The notes under the pieces were generated by a model, which saw nothing but the letters and a program-made list of their open reading frames with translations, was not told the DNA's origin and did not search any database. From Coniocarpon cinnabarinum (Eukaryota), in assembly GCA_051942205.1 (NCBI GenBank), contig JAVECO010000035.1:1-64000 (forward strand): DNA of 64,000 nucleotides, written 5' to 3'. Numbering within the stretch: the first letter of the stretch is position 1; each line of letters starts with the position of its first letter. The translations under genes were made by a program, and so were the position numbers. Shown piece after piece: positions 50,423 to 62,102 of this stretch.

Positions 50423-53143
50423 TTACTGCCTGTTTGCGCTGTCATTCTTCCCTGAGGGAGAAGCCTTGCTGGCAGCGCGAGGTCTGGTCACGCGCACGTC
50501 TGCCCCCAGCGGATCGCTCTCTGTCTCTGGCACCATCCCTAAAATCACCTTGCTCATACTGCGACGATGCTTACGGATGTCGGGCTTATCTGCGACAGCT
50601 ACCGGCGTAGGTGGCGGTCCGAGCATGTCGGTCTCTGCTCCGAAGCCACTCGGTTCACCCTTTGGCTCGGGCTGCGCAAAGCTCACACTTCTTTCGCGGG
50701 TTCTCGAAATGCTTCTTGATCTCGTCTGATCGGAAGTCGTATCCTCTAGTCTGTCTTCGACGCTGAAAGACTTACGGGAGGACTTTGCCTCGATATCTTG
50801 GCGCTCGATGCGTTGCAAGGCAGCTTGACGAGCCTCTTCGCTTGGCGCCTGGTCCTCGGCGAGGATTACAATGTCGGTGCCAGTGCGTTGCTGCAGCGTC
50901 TCCCGTAGGTGTAACACGTAGCTTCGCAAGCCGTCAAAGGCGAGGTTGAAGCCTGAGATAGGTGTGCCCTTAGGCTCAACCCCTTCGACAGCCGCAGTGA
51001 CATTATCAATACCATAGAGTCGAACAACCTCGCTCAGGCACTCCGTAGCCTGTGCGTCTCGTTCCAGCTGTAACCACCTTTCGGCTGCCAGCACGTTCCA
51101 GAATGCTGCGTTTCGCCTACGAGCACCCCAGGCTCGTGATCCCTGACCAGAGCGTGAAACAAAACACATGGCGACACGTTCGCAGAGGAGCGCGTAACCC
51201 ACAGCACCAGGGAACTGCATATCGATTGCTCGCGCGAAGCATCGCGCAGCATCGTCAGTCGTCACCTGTACGCTACTGGTAGATCCGGCTGAAATGAGCT
51301 TTATAGGGCTGGCAGCAGCACGCAGCTGTAGAAGCTCAGCACCCACAGTCAAGGTGCGCAGTGCTGCAAAGGGATCGAGGCACTTGGTTGAGTATATGAC
51401 GGCGGCGCTCTCGAGCAGTGCATCAGGTGCATTCTCCGGCAATTTTGGCTTGGAGGGAGGTGTTCCAGTGAGAAGCGCGGTAATCGCGGTGAATTCCATT
51501 GCCCCAGCTTGTTGTTTCCAAGCCTTGTCGCTCGCATAGTCAGATCGAAGCATATCGTACACAGACTGTGCAAGGCGATAGTCGCGCAACATAAAAGCGT
51601 AGTCGGCAAGCTTTCTCATGAGGTGTTCAGGGCTGTCGGGAGGGTATGTGCCACGGATAGCATCGAAGTTGGAGTTGGGATTAGACGGCGCCGTGGATGC
51701 ATTTGGTGAAGTCGGTGAAGTAGCAGTCGATGAAGAGCCAAAGGGAGAGGATAGCGTGCGTCCACCGCTACCGAATGTCCACTTCTTGGAGAAGGAAAGG
51801 AAACGACCAGAGATGCCACGCCGCCGAGAGACAATTTGGTCGTTCCACGTCATGCACAGACGCTCCATTGATGGGATGACAGATTGCGTGGTCAATTCCC
51901 GGACAAGTGAGCGGACTGCGGCAGCATCAGACTCGTAGACGCATGGGCCCGTATCAGCATCAAAATCGTCCATGCTTTCGCGCCGCTGGATCTCAGCAAG
52001 CTCTTCCGCCGCGGACTGCCATTCACAGATGGGAAGTCGCACACAGTCGTCGTCTGAGGGAACGCATTGCGTACTTCTTAGCCTAAGGAGATGGCAGTGA
52101 AGGCCAAAATGCCGCTTCATTTGTTCGAAGAGCTGTGATGACCTTTGCGTATCATCATGTTCCTCGTCATGGACAAGTACATGATATCTCAGATACTCGC
52201 CGTTGACCCAGCCTGGAAGTTTTTCTTCTCCAAGCCTTGTGCTACCGGACAGCTGGCGTAGCTCTTCTATCGGATCTTGACTGCGCGAGCTCACAGCCAG
52301 GACGCAGGCGACTGGATGGGAAAAGGTTTCGTGTTGTGTCAAAGGAAGACCCGAGAGAAGTCTTCGTAAATATAAAAGTGGATAGGTAGATGTGTATGGA
52401 GACTTGGGGAGGCTCTTCTCCCCATCTTTCTCTTCAAGGTCCGCAGTATCTTCAGAGCTTGAATACAGCAGATGCTTCCCGAGAACTTCCTCAATCTGAT
52501 CCAGATCGCCGCCAGTACGCAGCCGCGAGGAAGAGTCGGGGAAATGTTGATCCAAATAGCTGGCAATATTCTTGAGATGCGGCTCCTTCTCCTCGTCTCG
52601 GATGCGTGGGCTTTCCAAGCCGTCTCTAATCCTAGTAAAATGGACACAGAAATCTTCACAACTCCTGCTCGAGCCAGCACTATCCCTTATTGTGACCTTC
52701 CCTGGCACACTCTCTCCAAAGGGGCGCAGCAGACTCAAGAGTCCACCGGATAAGCCCTTCTGGGCAAGAAGCTCTTCAGTGTCGCGCGACGGCAGGATCG
52801 CAATGTGAGGAGAAAATGAGCGGACAATCAGCGATCGGTACTCATTGGGAATATCTCCGACCAACGTCGTCGCGCTCGACAACGTTGAGTCCGCTCGCGC
52901 ATGTCGACTAGGGAACGCGACCACAGGGGAGCTGGCTCGCTTTGATAGAACATGCGTCGCAGGGTTGGAGGCAGAGAAAGCGGAAAGAGAAGCATTCGAG
53001 CGTCGAAAGGGGAGCCCAAACTCAGGCGTGGGCCGCGATGAGGCGGTTCTGTCTAGGTTTCGATTCTTGGGGATGGCTATGGGGTCGGCGTCATCGCTGA
53101 CGGCGGGCGATCCAGGTGGACTGCCATCTTTGGGGTCGGTCAT
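50423..53143 (-). CDS. TRS85: TRAPP III-specific subunit Trs85 (TRAPPC8)
   Basis: HETFSHPVACV, LRYHVLVHDE, MKRHFGLHCHLLRL, WNDQIVSRRRGISGRF and MRKLADYAFMLRDY. Confidence 0.9.
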   Translation of the reverse strand: MTDPKDGSPPGSPAVSDDADPIAIPKNRNLDRTASSRPTPEFGLPFRRSNASLSAFSASNPATHVLSKRASSPVVAFPSRHARADSTLSSATTLVGDIPNEYRSLIVRSFSPHIAILPSRDTEELLAQKGLSGGLLSLLRPFGESVPGKVTIRDSAGSSRSCEDFCVHFTRIRDGLESPRIRDEEKEPHLKNIASYLDQHFPDSSSRLRTGGDLDQIEEVLGKHLLYSSSEDTADLEEKDGEKSLPKSPYTSTYPLLYLRRLLSGLPLTQHETFSHPVACVLAVSSRSQDPIEELRQLSGSTRLGEEKLPGWVNGEYLRYHVLVHDEEHDDTQRSSQLFEQMKRHFGLHCHLLRLRSTQCVPSDDDCVRLPICEWQSAAEELAEIQRRESMDDFDADTGPCVYESDAAAVRSLVRELTTQSVIPSMERLCMTWNDQIVSRRRGISGRFLSFSKKWTFGSGGRTLSSPFGSSSTATSPTSPNASTAPSNPNSNFDAIRGTYPPDSPEHLMRKLADYAFMLRDYRLAQSVYDMLRSDYASDKAWKQQAGAMEFTAITALLTGTPPSKPKLPENAPDALLESAAVIYSTKCLDPFAALRTLTVGAELLQLRAAASPIKLISAGSTSSVQVTTDDAARCFARAIDMQFPGAVGYALLCERVAMCFVSRSGQGSRAWGARRRNAAFWNVLAAERWLQLERDAQATECLSEVVRLYGIDNVTAAVEGVEPKGTPISGFNLAFDGLRSYVLHLRETLQQRTGTDIVILAEDQAPSEEARQAALQRIERQDIEAKSSRKSFSVEDRLEDTTSDQTRSRSISRTRERSVSFAQPEPKGEPSGFGAETDMLGPPPTPVAVADKPDIRKHRRSMSKVILGMVPETESDPLGADVRVTRPRAASKASPSGKNDSANRQ

Positions 53144-53471
53144 GAGATAACGCTGCTACACGAGCTGGCGGCATTTGTAGGAAGCGACGAGAGTCTCATC
53201 ACAGTCTCAGACTCGAGCAAGGTTCTGTGAAATGACCATCGAAACGCCGAACATGAAACTTTTGGGCGGCTGTCTGCGACGATTCAGCAACCTGCCCCAT
53301 TTGCTCAGCCACAGCGGCTCGTCCCGGCGCACGGCCACAAGGTCCCAGATTGCTAGTCTCACGCGTGTTAGAAGTTGTACTGACTGAGTTGCAAAGGTGG
53401 ACTGGATCGGTGAACACGGAACACGTGCGGTGCTGGCGAAGCCCTGAATCGGACGCGATGTCATTTTATGG

Positions 53472-56410
53472 ATGATTAAAAGCATTTGCCGCTCACTGTG
53501 GCAAGGCGCGTTTGCGTTGCAACGCAGAAGTGATCGAGGTCATGCCACAGCTCGAAGAGGAAATACCTGTGCATGGTGTTTTTATCGAGGTGCTCCACTT
53601 GACCGTCAGGAAAATATCCTAGTGACAACTCCCCTGTGTTTCGGTGCTGGCAATACTGTGGCAGCACGCACGATGGCCACTCAAACGCTTCCCAGGCAGA
53701 CTTCCGTCCAGCTGACAGCCGCGGAGGCGTCCCTTCGACAGCTCCTCCTTGACGTTGCCCAGCATATTAATCCTGACGATCCTGCAGACCTTCGATACAC
53801 AGGGGGTTGGGTCCGTGACAAGCTCATGGGTATGCAGAGTCATGACATTGACGTGGGCATCAACAACATGACTGGTTATCAGTTCGGATTGAAGATGAAG
53901 GAGTGCCTTGCTGGACCTGGGGTGGAAGGCAAGTATGGTGCCCAGGGCCTTGCGGTAAACCTGCACAAGATCGAAGCAAACCCCGAGAAGTCGAAACATC
54001 TGGAGACTGTCACGACCAGGATGTTCGGGCTTGACGTCGATCTAGTCAACCTGCGCAAGGAAACCTATTCTGAAGAGAGCCGCAATCCCCAAATGGAGTA
54101 TGGCACGCCACAAGAAGATGCCATGAGACGAGATGCCACCATTAACGCCATGTTCTATAACTTGCGTACCGACCTCGTCGAAGATCTCACAGGCCATGGG
54201 TATGAAGATCTTGAAAATGGCTTCATTCGAACCCCATTAGAGCCTTACCAAACGTTTCGAGATGATCCATTGAGGGTCCTACGACTGATCCGATTCGCTA
54301 GCAGATTTGGCTTCTCCATCGACCCCTCTGCTGAAGAAGCCATGGGCGATGCGAGTATCATGCAAGCGCTGCGAGCAAAGATAAGCAGAGAGCGAGTGGG
54401 GGTTGAGATTGAGAAAATGCTGAAGGGACCCCGACCACATATGGCATTTTCCATTATTGACCGTCTGGGTCTCTTCGAAACAATATTTACAGACCCTGAG
54501 CACGCGCACACCTTTCAACCGGAGGTTGGCAAATGGAAAGCAGCCTATGATTGTGCTTCCAAGATCATTGATCTCTCTCAAGCTGATCTGCATGTTCTAT
54601 TCGATGGTAATGAGGATACAAGGTACCTCACTTGGATCCTTTCGTCTGCAGTCCCATGGGCGGATGCGCCCGTCCCTGAACCTTCAAAGCAAGCCGGCAA
54701 GCAACCACCTCCTATTGCATTTGACGTTGTACGCAACGGCTTAAAGGCATCTATGAAGATCTGCGATGTAGTGCGCGAATCAACACTGCATGCAGAAGAA
54801 ATCATAAAATGCAAAGATGCGTGTGTGAAGCGTCTGCGCTTGTCCTCGAACGAGGCCGATCCGGGCTCACCAGCTGGGCGAGACACGCTGGGCATGATCA
54901 TCCGACAATGGGGCAACTCATACCGTTGCCAACTGTTGTTTGCCATCATGCTTGAAACGGCTCGCTCAACAACCTCAGGAAGAGGTAAGCCCGCGCGCGC
55001 TCGGTCACTGTCGATTTCTTCACTCTAACTCTGACTTTAACAGATGTCATAAGTGAATTTATCACTTTCGTGCGACATATCTCTAAGCTTGAGCTCCTGG
55101 ATGCGCCTAACTTCAAACCGGTAATTGACGGCAAAACACTTGCTAAAGAGTTGAACACGCGACCGGGTCCATGGATGAAATCTGCGCTTGATGAGATCAT
55201 GCAATGGCAGCTTCGAAATCCAGGCCATGCTACTCCTGAGTCTGCACTCGAGGCCATCCGCAGCAAGCATGGTGAGCTGCCTTCCTGCCTTGTCGTGCAT
55301 TTCTTGTCGCTTACCATCCGCCCACTGTTTTCACAGACCACGACCCACAGTCAAGCCGGAATGACGTCCCAAAGTCGCCGGAGCCTCAACAGTCAGCTGG
55401 GGACGAAGTCGTCAAAAAAGCTAGACACGATTGAGACGCCTGAGGAAGCCTTGCACAAGCGGCCCTGGAAACAACGGAAGCATCCGGAAGGGATTCAGCT
55501 TCTTGACTGGTCTCTCAGGGCAATGCAAGTTGATCAGAAGCGCACAGATCACAACTGGCCTTTGGTTGTACCCCCGGTACTGGCACTCATTGATGACGTC
55601 GATATTCCATACAAAGCTCGGGGCTGCCAACTCCTCGATCTGCTCTTGCAAGCCACATCGCCAGAGCTATTGGCAAAAACAGGGCTTGGTCAAGTTTTCG
55701 AGGATGCCGTCACTCCGTGCTTGTCGTACCTGCCGACGCTGACGCCCGAGGAGGACTCCGTTGTTATACTTGACGCTGCATATCCAGCACTCATGCTGCT
55801 CGCGGACGTGCGTCATTCAGTGCCCAGTCCGCGTCAACAAAGTGAGAGTGAAGATTTGCAACGGCGAGAGAGATTTCTGGCTCATATCCTGCACCATCAC
55901 ATACTCCGCAGCTTCTCGCATGTTGAGCTACATGATTTCCCTAAGCTTATAACATGCATTACGCGGCATCTCACCGCGCTTATGGCGGATCTTGGCCTTG
56001 CTACAGTGGCTCATCTGACCGCGATAATACCCACTTTGAATGCTGTACTGGCTTGTGAGCTCGGTCGTTATGCAGGCGCAATGCTTGCAGAAGCCAGTCG
56101 CAGTATGCAACGGCTGATTGCAGAAGCTTGGCCAAGAGTCTGGAGGTGGCGAGGAGAAATCCTGAAAGGCATCTGCCTCGCATGGGTCCAGGCTGCACAG
56201 AGCGACGAAGGGGCCCGGTTGGAGGACCTGAAAGCAGATCTCGAACTCGCAAAAGCAGAGATGATCAAGGTCGTGAAAATGTTGGCAGCCGCCGTCGATG
56301 CAACAAAGGGGACCACTGATGAGACCGTCATCGACTTGAAAGCAGAGATTGAAGAGCTCATCACAGCGGAGCCTCTGCTCAAAGATTTGTTCCGAGGTGC
56401 GGTGCAATAA
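53472..56410 (+). CDS. CCA1: CCA tRNA nucleotidyltransferase with C-terminal Tti2-like domain, ~959 aa (intron 54985-55043)
   Basis: GGWVRDKL, DIDVG, NPEKSKHLET, DLVNLRKETY, EDAMRRDATINA, DDPLRVLRLIRFASR and KISRERVG; exon 2 completes CCA (PGPWMKSALDEIMQWQLRNP) and continues ~380 aa without a stop. Confidence 0.88.
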
Positions 56411-56453
56411 CGCGTCGTTACGTTGCGGATTCACCAGCCTTCTCTAGATCCAG

Positions 56454-57140
56454 CTAGGGTTTTGCTCGGTCACTCGTCGTCGGCTCTGAAGCTGATGTTG
56501 AGTCGCCTCGATGGATCTGAGGACGGGTTCAGCGCGATCACGTGGGGAGCACGGGTATCGTTCCTCACCGCTTCTGCCATTGCTACCCACTCCTGCACGC
56601 CTTTGCAAAACGGGTCGGTGGAGGCTTCTGGCACGTCATCATGACCCCAGATCACCATCTTGTCCACCGCTGCTACTTCCTCTAGCAGTTCCATCTCATC
56701 CGTATCGAGGTCTCCTCGACGGATTGAATCCTGAAGCCGTTCTTCCATCTCGCGTCTGGATGCGGGGTCCTCGTCTCGCGTCTGCCTGTCGAACTCGGCA
56801 AGCGCTTCTTGCTTCAAAGTGCTGTCCTGAGCCGTTTTGGAAGTTTCTTTAACTGCGATGCCTGGCAAATGGTCAGTTCTCGTGCCTCACTTCATGTGCT
56901 TGTGACTTCCATGCCTCGATACCCGCCAGGCATGTCCAGCACCCTGCCTTTCAGCCGTCGACCACGAAAGTCGACGCGGAGTGACCCGTCCGCGGCGCGT
57001 AAGGGATGCCAATACCTCTTGGAAGCATTGACTTTGCCTTGGTGGTGAATCTTGCAAGGGAGAATGTTGGCGGAGACTGGGGTCGTCTTTGCATCCCTCG
57101 GGCGCGTGATTGAATACATTCTGTGATGCGTTTCCGACAT
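56454..57140 (-). CDS. RNH203: Ribonuclease H2 subunit C (introns ~56862-56914 and 56517-56568; alternative start 57119)
   Basis: ANILPCKIHHQG, FRGRRLKG..L.MPGGYRG and IWGHDDVP...DPF.KGVQEW..MAEA|IH. Confidence 0.85.
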
Positions 57141-57253
57141 GGCTGTCGCGGCGTGGCGTACCTATCTTGCGGAAAACTTCAAGAAGCGAGGGACCTTGGC
57201 AGTAGAGCAAATACTCGTAGAGGGAAGCGCGTTGCAGCGGGGCAGGGGGGGAA

Positions 57254-57270
57254 ACGCGTCGACCACGCGT
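57254..57270. promoter_or_regulatory. Paired MCB boxes (ACGCGT x2) upstream of RNase H2C
   Basis: ACGCGT at 57254-57259 and 57265-57270; a third at 57542-57547. Confidence 0.5.
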
Positions 57271-58045
57271 GCCTCCAGACGAGTCCCCGACTCGCACGTG
57301 ACGATCAATATTACTCGCATGCAGATACATAATACCCTGACACGACGCCGGACGTGGGGCCAGCACACACCCAGCGGCAGACCAGGAATCACCCACACTC
57401 CCCCTGCGACGTCTCGGCTTCCACTTTGGCCTCCAGCCTTGTCGTCCGCCCCCCACGTCCACCGCAATTGAGACGACGACCAGGCGGCTATCGATGAGGA
57501 TGCGCGAGGGTGTTGGTCTAAATATAGCGTACTACGAGGCAACGCGTGCCAAGCGAAGACTGGTGAGACACATGCTCGCATATATATTCAAAGGGAGTCG
57601 AGAGGAGGATTTACGCTGTCCGCGGCTGGATCCAACAGAGAACACGTCGGCCTCTTGGTGCGCACATCCAGATTATCTGATATTCCTTGCAGATCGCCAG
57701 CTCGTCCCGCGGCCCTGGCTCCACATCGGATTGCGCGCCGCATCAGTTGGCCCGATTTCGTCATGGACTTTGCCCAAACAAATTGCTGTCGTGCGTTCGC
57801 TGCGTGACTCTCGCAGTGATAGGATTGTGTTTGCAACATTTGTCCGCCCAGTCTGTCCCGTCCTGACCGTGCTCCACGTCCGTCGCTATGTCGAGTGCAG
57901 CCATGTGTGCTTAAATACCTTGAGGCGTCGCCTCTGGCCAGTGTCGAAATTTGTTCGACATCTGTGCTCCCAGCAGCCTTTGACTACCTAACGTGTGGTG
58001 CACGGAGAAACTAGTTGCCGCATTTCCTTCCCACACAAAGGCTAC

Positions 58046-59574
58046 ATGGCTTCGCTTGTCGAGCGCGCAAAAGACCTGTCGCATTATGCCCGTCAGTCCG
58101 CGTGGAACCCGCTTGTCGTGTTCTCTCGAGCCACCATCATGTCTACGCTCCAGCAAATTAGCTATGGGCTCCTCCAGGTCACAGATGTGGGTGGCACGAG
58201 GACAGACTGCGGAGATCCTAGTCTCCACAAGGATGCTCCCCAGAGCTCCATAAACATCCACAAGGACACCTTCTGGGTGCGAATGCTTCTTTTTGGGGAC
58301 ATGGTCCGTTGCGTAACTTCCACGTGCTTCGGCTAGGTCACATAGCATTAACACATTGAAAGGGTTTTGCCGAGAGTTATATGCTTGGCGAGTTCTCGTG
58401 TCCGAACCTGACAGCCTTCTTCGAGGTAGGTGTTCTGGCTTGTACCATTGCGACTGACGGGGCTACTTTGCTGACCAGGTTTCAGCTCTTCATCCGTAAC
58501 AAAGAAGAGCTATCCAACGGCAGCACCATCCTCTCCGCTATCTCCCAGTCTATCAGCACCCTCGCACGAAGCACGAACACGCTCCACAATGCGCGTCTCA
58601 ACATTTCTGCTCACTATGACCTGGGAAATGATATGTTTGCCGCCTTCCTCTCCAAAGACATGACTTACTCGTGCCCAATCTGGTTACCACGCTCCCACCC
58701 TGCGTCAACTCTCGAGTCTCTGGAAAGCGCGCAGGACAGGAAACTCCAGCGCTTCATCGAGAACGCTCGAATAAAGACCTCAGACCACGTCTTGGAGATA
58801 GGGACTGGATGGGGCTCGTTTGCCATAGCCGCGGTCCAGAAGACGGGATGTCGCATAACCTCTATCACGCTCAGTAAGGAACAGAAGCAGCTGGCGGAAG
58901 AGCGCATCGCGGATGCGGGCCTGACAGACAACATTGAGGTCTTGCTATGCGACTATCGCGCTCTGCCTATGCCTCGAGAAGGGCCATATGATAAGATTGT
59001 CAGTATCGAAATGCTTGAAGCGGTTGGAAGAGAGTACCTGAATGAGTATTTTGACTGCGTCAATCGATTGTTGAAGCTAGAAGGAGGTATCGCTGTCTTT
59101 CAATGCATCACCATGCCGGAAGCTGTAAGTCGACGGGAAGGGATGTGGTCCTCCATCCTAGCTGACAGGCTCTTGTAGCGTTACGAAGCTTACTACGCCT
59201 CTACCGACTTTATTCGCCGCTACATCTTCCCCGGGGGCCATTTGCCCGCTGTATCTACACTGGTGTCCGCCATCAGGAACGGCGCGAAAGGCTCGCTGGT
59301 CATCGACTCGGTCGAAAACATTGGCCCACATTATGCCCGAACATTGCGAAAGTGGCAGGAGTCTTTTGAGAAGCACTTTGACGACCGAATACGACCGGCG
59401 CTACTACAGGAACATGCAGGCATGACAGAGAGCGACGTGGAAGTGTTCCGGCGCAAATGGAGATACTATTTCACATATTGCGAGGCAGGCTTCAGGACCT
59501 GCACGCTTGGCGATCATATTCTCACCGTGGCCAGAGAGGGCGCTATGGAGATGGCGGAAGACGTGCCTCTATGA
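58046..59574 (+). CDS. Cyclopropane-fatty-acyl-phospholipid synthase family SAM methyltransferase (3 introns)
   Basis: NISAHYDLGNDMF, MTYSC, VLEIGTGWG, YDKIVSIEMLEAVG, FIRRYIFPGG, IGPHYARTL and WRYYFTYCEAGF. Confidence 0.93.
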
Positions 59575-59959
59575 ATGTGATGAAGTTCATCCCTATCACA
59601 TGTCCGCATGCGTCTAAGTTCAGATCACATGCTGTGACAAGCCCCTGCAGATCGTCCCTTAATAATGCCCCAAATCTCACCAGGACTCGAGTGTAGATCG
59701 ATGGACTCGATGCCTTGGTGGCTTTTTCTTTTTGGCCCCCGCGCCTTGCCCTATTGAGCCGCCATGATTTCATTGTATCATCACGGCGCTTTCCTCTTGT
59801 ATCTTGAACATCTCGAAATGTCTTAATTACCTACCTGGTATCTTTCCACGCGGGTCCTGTACTCCATGATACTGTCATGGTAACAACCTGATACACGTTC
59901 GACACTAGAATCTGTGTGTGCCTACCGGCAGTGCCGACGTGCTTCTGCGTAACAGCACC

Positions 59960-61511
59960 ATGGCTCTTCTTCAGCGAATAAGTCTCAACTCAGACTATTC
60001 TAGCATACCCCTCTTCTTCGGGCTTCGCTCTCACACGCTCTTCATCATTGCCACTGTTGGCATCGGTCTCTTCACGGATCTTTTTCTCTACGGCCTCGTG
60101 GTGCCAGTCCTTCCCTTCGTCCTCACTGATCGTGTCGGCCTCCCACAAGAGCAAGTCCAGGCCCATGTCTCAGCTCTGCTTGCAGCATATGCTGCTGCAT
60201 CAGTGGTTCTTTCTCCCTTCGCTGGAGCCATCGCGGATCGCACAAGCTCGAGACAGCTGCCTTTCCTTGCTGGTCTGACAGCCCTCATATTAGCAACTAT
60301 CCTCCTCTTTACGGGCTCTACTGTGCCAGTCTTGACAATCGCCAGAATATTTCAGGGTGCCAGCAGTGCTTTTGTATGGACAATCGGCCTGGCGTTATGT
60401 ATTGATACCGTCGGGCCGGAAAACCTGGGCAAGACCATTGGATCTGTGGGTACCGATGCTGCTATTCTCTTCATCTTAACCACATAATGACTTTTGTCGC
60501 TAGATATTCAGCTTCATCTCAGTTGGCGAGCTCTTTGCCCCCGTGATCGGCGGTGTTCTCTACCAGAAGTCTGGCTTACCGGCAGTCGCCGCAGTCGCAC
60601 TGACAGTCCTCGCTATCGACTTTTTGATGCGTCTTCTTGTTATTGAGAAAAAGGTAGCCGCTCGCTATATTGCACACAATCCAACGCTCCGCCAGAAACA
60701 TGCATCAGATGCCGCAGATGGTGAACATACGCATACTGAGACACCCGTCCGGTCCAACGACGACACTGCAGACGAAGAGTCACCACTTCTCGGCGAGTCC
60801 TCTAATCGCTCGAAAGAGATCTCAGATGATTTTGCAATCCCACAACCGCAGCCCTACATAATACGCAAGATCCCGATCCTCTACTGTCTCTCGTCGCCAT
60901 CTCTCATCCTCGCACTTGTCGTGGCATTGGTACAAGCCTCACTCCTCGCAGCCTTCGACAGCACGATCCCAACACACGCAAGCGACCTCTACAACTACGA
61001 CTCACTCAAGTCGTCTCTCCTCTTCGTGCCTCTGGGCATCTTCAATCTCATCTTCGGTCCTCTTGCCGGTTGGGCGGTCGACAAATACGGCACCAAGCCT
61101 GCCGCCGTCGCTGGATACGCCTATCTGGTCCCTGTCCTAGCACTCTTACGTCTCCCAGTCGCAGATCCGCAACCTCAGCAACCGCTGTTCTATGCAGGTC
61201 TTCTCGCGCTCTGTGGCGTCGGGCTGGCTACGATTGGCAGTCCGAGCATTGTGGAGGCTGGATCCGTCGTCGAACAATTCCATAAGAAGAATCCAGGTGT
61301 GTTTGGGGAGCAAGGACCCTACGCGCAACTGTACGGATTAAACAGTATGGTCTTTTCATTCGGCTTAAGTGTGGGACCGGTACTAGCGGGCGGCTTGAAA
61401 GAGATGATCGGATATGGGAATATGAATGCGGTCATGGCGGGGGTGAGCGGCGTCACTGCCACGTGTTGTTACATCTGGCTGGGCGGAAAGCCCAAAGGAT
61501 GGGCCAGATGA
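59960..61511 (+). CDS. MFS transporter, vesicular amine transporter-like (intron ~60446-60503)
   Basis: GLFTDLFLYGLVVPVLPF, GAIADRTSSRQ, ARIFQGAS and GPYAQLYGL; about 12 hydrophobic segments. Confidence 0.9.
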
Positions 61512-61802
61512 TCATGGAGGCATTACATGAGAACGAACATAAGCGTTGAAATGTTTATGAAAAGCATTGTGAGCATATCAAAAGTCGTGCGTGTTGCATA
61601 TTGTACAGTTGCACATGATATAGATCAAGCATGTACTATTTGAAAACCGAAACGGTCAGTCTCTCTTCTTGCTCCTGTGCTTCCCTCGCGACTCTGCAGC
61701 CACTTGGGATATATTAAGTCTAGAAGCCAGTAAGATCTACTCGCAAGGGGACTTAGCTATTTTTACGCGGTCATCTATTCTTGTTCCTGAGGTAATTTCA
61801 GC

Positions 61803-62102
61803 TTTGCTACCAAGACAAATATAGTTTTGCTACTAAGGTGAAGGTTATCTGCTACCTAGCTAAACGGGTTTACTACTAAGGTAAAAGTGTTTGCTAATAA
61901 GGTAAAAATATTTGCTATTAAGATAAACGGATTTACTGCCTCACCTCATATTCGCTACTTTACCTAGTCTTAACCCTACTTTACCTCATATTCGCTACTT
62001 CACCTAACCTTAACCCCACTTTACCTTATATTGGCCCTTTCACCTAACCTCAACGCCACTTCACCTCACATCACAAAAGGTAAACCGCGTTCGCTACGAA
62101 GA
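61803..62102. repeat. Compound degenerate minisatellite (21-23-bp units, then 40-bp units)
   Basis: About 7 copies of TTTGCTACYAAGGTAAA-like units (61803-61940), then three 40-bp copies starting at 61941, 61981 and 62021 (TYACCTCATATTCGCTACTTYACCTAACCTTAACCCCACT-like). Confidence 0.85.

Noticed and set aside
57139..57991. Several overlapping 80-190-aa ORFs between RNase H2C and the CFA-synthase-like gene
   Set aside because: GC-rich divergent promoter/UTR region with no protein motifs.
61803..62102. CRISPR array or telomere-like tract
   Set aside because: Eukaryotic context, no unique spacers, no cas genes; only isolated TAACC-like words rather than tandem TTAGGG.
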